DNA of 64,000 nucleotides from an uncultured Bacilli bacterium (GTDB lineage Bacteria; Bacillota_I; Bacilli_A; RFN20; DUOF01): NCBI GenBank assembly GCA_944363575.1, contig CALVUJ010000023.1, positions 107 to 64,106 of the forward strand, read 5' to 3'. Shown piece by piece: positions 60,181 to 64,000 of this stretch (position 1 is its first letter; each line of letters starts with the position of its first letter). The notes under the pieces were generated by a model. It saw only the letters and a program-made list of their open reading frames with translations, ran no database searches and was not told where the DNA came from. The position numbers and the translations under genes were made by a program.

Positions 60181-61401
60181 ATGTTGAATGTGGAGGCAAT
60201 TAAGGCTTTGTATTCTCCTAATATGGAAACGATGGCGTATTTGGTTAGTAGAAAATATGGTGAGTATAGTGATGGGTTTTTAGATATTTTTAAGACAATA
60301 AATACATTAGGTATGCGTGTTGCTTTGGCTGATTATGGGAAAAATAAAGATGGAGAATCATTAGAATATTGTCAATTTGTTCCTAGAAGTAGCGATAAAA
60401 AGGCTTATATTATTTTGAGTAATCATAGTAGTATAAGTCGACTTCGTTTTAATAGTGCGATAATGCTTTATTGTGCGATTAAAAATCAAAAAAATATTGC
60501 TACATATGCTCCTAATAATGATTCTAAAACAATGCATGCAGCGAAAGTGTTTGCGGCAAATTTTTTAATGCCAGAAAGAGAACTGAAAGATTTTATTTTT
60601 AAAAAAGATGATGATGGCAATTATCTTTATTTAAATGATAAAAAGGAAATTTCTATAGATAACATTAATGAGGTGGCTATTCATTTTGGTGTTCCTTTTA
60701 AAACATGTGCAGCAAGAATTTTAAATGTAACGAATAATATTGATGGTATAAAAAGCATGGAAGACTTAGCGAAGAAAATAATTAATAGGGATCATAAAAT
60801 TGTAGTTAGAGGAGAAACTAGAAAGTTAGAACTTGCGATGTATAAGCAATTGGTTAATAGTTTAAGATATTTGGATGTTAGGAGCACTAAAAGTATTACC
60901 CTTGAAAAAATATTGAGGGAATGTGTTAAAAATGATGCTTTGTTGGAAGGGGTTATCAAGGATCCTAAAAGTGTTAATTTTGTGTTGCATGCTTTTGCGG
61001 ATGGTGGAAAAATAGATGAGAATGGTAATTTACATTGTAAGAATGATAAAGTGATTAATTTAACTGAAAATCAATTAGTGGTATTGGGTAATTATGAACT
61101 TTTAAGAGAAATTGCCTATGAAAAAGCGGCCTACTATACAGATAATGATGATGTAGTTATTGATGAAGCAATGAATAAGGCGGGGTATGGATTATCTAAA
61201 GAAGAGAATAAAAAAATAATAAGAGATGTTGGTGGTAAGTATTTGAAAGGTGAAATAAAGTATGATGAAGCTTGTGCTTTGCTTGAGAAGTTGTGTGGGT
61301 TTAAGAAGTATGAGACAGAAACTTTTATGACTAATTTATTAGGGTTTGATCATTATACAATTAGAAGGTTTCATAAGATTTTGTTTAATTATTCCAAATA
61401 G
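60181..61401 (+). CDS. Degenerate ImmA/IrrE-like domain plus N-terminal part of a Fic domain, ending at an in-frame TAG
   Basis: RLRFNSAIMLYC (HExxH lost), AKVFAANFLMPE, VAIHFGVP; NDALLEG resembles the Fic inhibitory helix; IRRFHKILF Fic helix just before TAG. Confidence 0.75.
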   Translation: MLNVEAIKALYSPNMETMAYLVSRKYGEYSDGFLDIFKTINTLGMRVALADYGKNKDGESLEYCQFVPRSSDKKAYIILSNHSSISRLRFNSAIMLYCAIKNQKNIATYAPNNDSKTMHAAKVFAANFLMPERELKDFIFKKDDDGNYLYLNDKKEISIDNINEVAIHFGVPFKTCAARILNVTNNIDGIKSMEDLAKKIINRDHKIVVRGETRKLELAMYKQLVNSLRYLDVRSTKSITLEKILRECVKNDALLEGVIKDPKSVNFVLHAFADGGKIDENGNLHCKNDKVINLTENQLVVLGNYELLREIAYEKAAYYTDNDDVVIDEAMNKAGYGLSKEENKKIIRDVGGKYLKGEIKYDEACALLEKLCGFKKYETETFMTNLLGFDHYTIRRFHKILFNYSK

Positions 61402-61911
61402 CAAGGGTATATTAAAGGTCAATATAGGAGAATTCCTGTTTCAATAACGGGGGCTAATTTTGAAACGGCAGGTACTAGAGAGATTGAACCGATGATGGAG
61501 AAATTAAATTATGATATTATAGATCTTTTGAAATTAAAGGATGAAATGAGTAATTTTGAATATATTCATCGAGTTAATGCTCTGGTTGCTAGACTATTAG
61601 TGATTCATCCTTTTGAAGATGGGAATGGTAGGGTTAGTAGAGCTCTTACTAATTTCTTGTATAAGAAGAAGCATTTGCCAATTGTGTTTATAAATGCCGA
61701 GAAGCAGAGGAATGTGTATTTAGATGCTTTGTCAGAGATAAATGTTTTGGAGTTAAGGGTTGATGATCCAGGAGTTGATTTAACTGGTTTAGATTTATTG
61801 ATGTGTAAGACTTTGAAAACTTCTTACTCTAATATATATTCAGGGGATAAAATGTTAACTAATCCTGAGAAAGAAATAGAACAGCATCGTTTAAAGAGTA
61901 TAAGAAAATAA
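61402..61911 (+). CDS. Fic catalytic core, in frame with the preceding ORF beyond the TAG (ORF-track start 61492)
   Basis: QGYIKGQYRRIPVSITG flap, then canonical HPFEDGNGRVSR at 61606-61641. Confidence 0.8.
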   Translation, partial: QGYIKGQYRRIPVSITGANFETAGTREIEPMMEKLNYDIIDLLKLKDEMSNFEYIHRVNALVARLLVIHPFEDGNGRVSRALTNFLYKKKHLPIVFINAEKQRNVYLDALSEINVLELRVDDPGVDLTGLDLLMCKTLKTSYSNIYSGDKMLTNPEKEIEQHRLKSIRK

Positions 61912-61922
61912 AAAGATATGCA

Positions 61923-62175
61923 TTGAAAATTTTAATAAAGATGATATAATTTGGTAAACGTTGATAAAGACAAGTAGTAAAAAGGTAATTTTTTAGAGAG
62001 TCTGTGGGTGGTGAAAACAGATAAAAGGACTTTTTATGAATCTACTTTGGAGTTTAGGTTTATACCCGGGTAATTACCGTTATGTAATGAGTGAACTAGT
62101 TACTAGTTAATTAGGGTGGCAACGCGGTTTCTTAATAGAGGTCGTCCCTTGTGTTTAGGGGATAGACCTTTTTTA
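61923..62175 (+). promoter_or_regulatory. Promoter and serine T-box riboswitch leader of serS
   Basis: TTGAAA-N16-TATAAT with extended TG; AGAGA/GGTG stem I motifs; specifier TCT at 62041; T-box AGGGTGGCAACGCG 62113-62126 (UGGC fits G73 of tRNA-Ser); terminator 62139-62174. Confidence 0.9.
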
Positions 62176-62195
62176 TTTAGTTAGGAGGAAAGAAC

Positions 62196-63473
62196 ATGAT
62201 TGATATTAAATTAGTTAGGGAAAATCCAGAGTTAGTTAAAGAGAATATCAAAAAGAAGTTTCAAGATCATAAACTAGTTTTGGTAGACGAAGTAGTTAGT
62301 CTTGATAAGGAGTTAAGGGAAAGAAAGTTAGAAGCTGATACTTTAAGAGGGAAGAGAAATAGCGTTAGTAAGTCTATTGGTGTTTTGATGAGTGAAAAGA
62401 AGATGGATGAGGCTAATAGGGCTAAGCAAGAAGTTGTGGAGATTAATGATAGGTTAGTTTTCTTAGAAAAAGAAGAGGAAAGATTAGAATTAGAAGTTAA
62501 AAAGAGAATGATGGCTATTCCTAACATTATTGCAAGTGATGTTCCTCTTGGTGAGGATGATAGTAAGAATGTTGAAGGAAAGAAGTATGGTGAACCTATC
62601 GTTTTTGATTATGAGATACCATATCATACTGATATTATGGAGAAGTTAAGCGGGATTGATTTAGATAGTGCACGTAGGGTAAGTGGCAATGGGTTCTATT
62701 ACTTGATGGGCGATATTGCTAGGTTGCATAGTGCGATTTTAAGTTATGCGAGAGATTTTATGATTAATAAAGGTTTTACTTATTGCGTACCTCCTTTTAT
62801 GATTAGAAGTGATGCGGTAAATGGCGTTATGAGTTTTGAAGAGCAGGAAAATATGATGTATAAAATCGAGGGCGAAGATTTGTTTTTGATTGGTACAAGT
62901 GAGCATTCAATGATTGCTAAGTTTAAGGATCAAATGTTAGATGCTAAAGAATTGCCTTATACAATGACTTCTTATTCTCCTTGTTTTAGGAAAGAGGTAG
63001 GAGCACATGGTATTGAAGAAAGAGGAGTGTATCGTATTCATCAGTTTGAGAAGCAAGAGATGATTGTTGTTTGTAAGCCAGAAGATAGTGAAATGTGGTA
63101 TGAGAAGATGTGGAATTATACGGTAGAGTTATTTAGGAGTTTGGAGATTCCTGTTAGGACACTTGTTTGTTGTAGTGGTGATCTTGCTGATTTAAAGTAT
63201 AAGAGTTTAGATGTAGAAGCTTGGAGTCCTAGGCAAAAGAAGTATTTTGAAGTTGGTAGTTGTTCTAACTTGACAGATGCTCAAGCTAGAAGGCTTGGTA
63301 TTAGAGTTAAAGATGGAGATAAGAAATATTTTGCTCACACTTTGAATAATACAGTGGTGGCTCCGCCTAGAATGTTAATTTGTTTTTTAGAGAATCATTA
63401 TAATAAAGATGGTAGTATTAGTATTCCAGAAGTTTTATGGCCTTATATGGGTGGAAAGAAAGTTTTAAAATAG
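62196..63473 (+). CDS. serS: Serine--tRNA ligase
   Basis: N-terminal coiled coil, LIGTSE, CFRKEVG, RIHQFEKQE, EVGSCSN, HTLNNT. Confidence 0.97.
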   Translation: MIDIKLVRENPELVKENIKKKFQDHKLVLVDEVVSLDKELRERKLEADTLRGKRNSVSKSIGVLMSEKKMDEANRAKQEVVEINDRLVFLEKEEERLELEVKKRMMAIPNIIASDVPLGEDDSKNVEGKKYGEPIVFDYEIPYHTDIMEKLSGIDLDSARRVSGNGFYYLMGDIARLHSAILSYARDFMINKGFTYCVPPFMIRSDAVNGVMSFEEQENMMYKIEGEDLFLIGTSEHSMIAKFKDQMLDAKELPYTMTSYSPCFRKEVGAHGIEERGVYRIHQFEKQEMIVVCKPEDSEMWYEKMWNYTVELFRSLEIPVRTLVCCSGDLADLKYKSLDVEAWSPRQKKYFEVGSCSNLTDAQARRLGIRVKDGDKKYFAHTLNNTVVAPPRMLICFLENHYNKDGSISIPEVLWPYMGGKKVLK

Positions 63474-63505
63474 TTGTAAAAAATAATTAAAATGCGTATA
63501 ATGTT

Positions 63506-63592
63506 AAAGTCAGTACAATAGTAGTGCACGAACCAGGTCAGGATCGGAAGGTAGCAGCCTTAAGTGAGTTCGCTATGTGTGCTGACTTTTTT
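63506..63592 (+). ncRNA. ffs: Small signal recognition particle RNA (4.5S type)
   Basis: Helix 8 GAACCAGGTCAGG-ATC-GGAA-GGT-AGCAGCC; terminal stem AAAGTCAGTACA/TGTGCTGACTTT; promoter TTGTAA-N17-TATAAT at 63474-63502. Confidence 0.9.
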
Positions 63593-63608
63593 TTATAGAG
63601 GTGATTGG

Positions 63609-64000
63609 ATGGATTATATGAATGAAGCTTATAAAGAAGCAAAGAAAGCTTATAATGAAGATGAGGTTCCAGTGGGGTGTGTTATCGTTAAAGATCATAA
63701 AGTGATTGCAAGAGCACATAATTTAAAAGAGAAGAATAATGATGCGATGGGGCATGCAGAAATTTTGTGTATAAAGAAAGCGAGTAAGAAGCTTAATGAT
63801 TGGTATTTGAAGGATTGTGAAGTGTATGTTACTTTAGAGCCATGTGTGATGTGTGTAGGTGCTTTAATTAGTGCGAGGGTAAAGAAGGTTTATTTTGGTG
63901 CTAGAGATTTAAAGGCAGGAGCACTTGGAGGTTTGTTTAATTTATTGGAGCAAAAGGGGCTTAACCATTATTTTGAATATGAATATATTCATAGGGATGA
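63609..64000 (+). CDS. tadA: tRNA adenosine(34) deaminase, partial (runs off the right edge)
   Basis: EVPVGCVIV, GHAEILC, YVTLEPCVMC; GAGGTGA RBS; not in ORF track. Confidence 0.92.
   Translation, partial: MDYMNEAYKEAKKAYNEDEVPVGCVIVKDHKVIARAHNLKEKNNDAMGHAEILCIKKASKKLNDWYLKDCEVYVTLEPCVMCVGALISARVKKVYFGARDLKAGALGGLFNLLEQKGLNHYFEYEYIHRD

Noticed and set aside
61399-61401. Genome-wide TAG reassignment (Gln or pyrrolysine) as the explanation for the Fic amber codon
   Set aside because: TAG ends many conserved genes at their expected C-termini (dnaA, rpsF, ssb DDLPF, rplI, rlmH, gyrB, gyrA, serS, mnmE FCLGK), and no pyl genes are in the window.
59813-62195. rRNA/tRNA operon or prophage/ICE after gyrA
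   Set aside because: No rRNA- or tRNA-like sequence, integrase or flanking direct repeats were visible; only the XRE/Fic cassette and the T-box.

Overview
64-kb replication-origin region of a very AT-rich Bacillota chromosome, most likely a reduced, uncultured-type member of class Bacilli. The taxon is inferred from gene content; the code is standard (table 11). oriC flanks dnaA (DnaA boxes at 42.7-43.0 kb and 44.44-44.46 kb), with a sharp strand and G/C-skew switch there. Most genes are housekeeping: rpmH-rnpA-yidC-jag-mnmE, dnaA-dnaN, rpsF-ssb-rpsR-gdpP-rplI-dnaB-walJ-htrA-rlmH, yaaA-recF-gyrB-gyrA, T-box-serS, SRP RNA, tadA and mnmG-rsmG-parA-parB, reshuffled relative to the Bacillus order. 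Most interesting items: (1) between gyrA and serS, an XRE regulator precedes a catalytically dead ImmA/IrrE-like domain fused to a canonical Fic (AMPylase) domain, with one in-frame TAG separating the putative inhibitory helix from the catalytic core; (2) a 4019-aa membrane-anchored Ig-repeat surface protein rich in short Cys pairs; (3) a Cys-Ser-Cys lipobox shared by three unrelated lipoproteins; (4) sporulation genes (spoVT-like, yabP, yabQ, yabG) with sigG/sigE/sigK-like promoters; (5) a pseudo-HtrA/HtrA tandem with walRK missing from its usual position; (6) a lysophospholipase-family protein with Asp in place of the nucleophilic Ser; (7) two identical parS sites. No CRISPR array, tRNA, rRNA or IS element was seen. 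All calls come from reading motifs by eye; no database searches were run.
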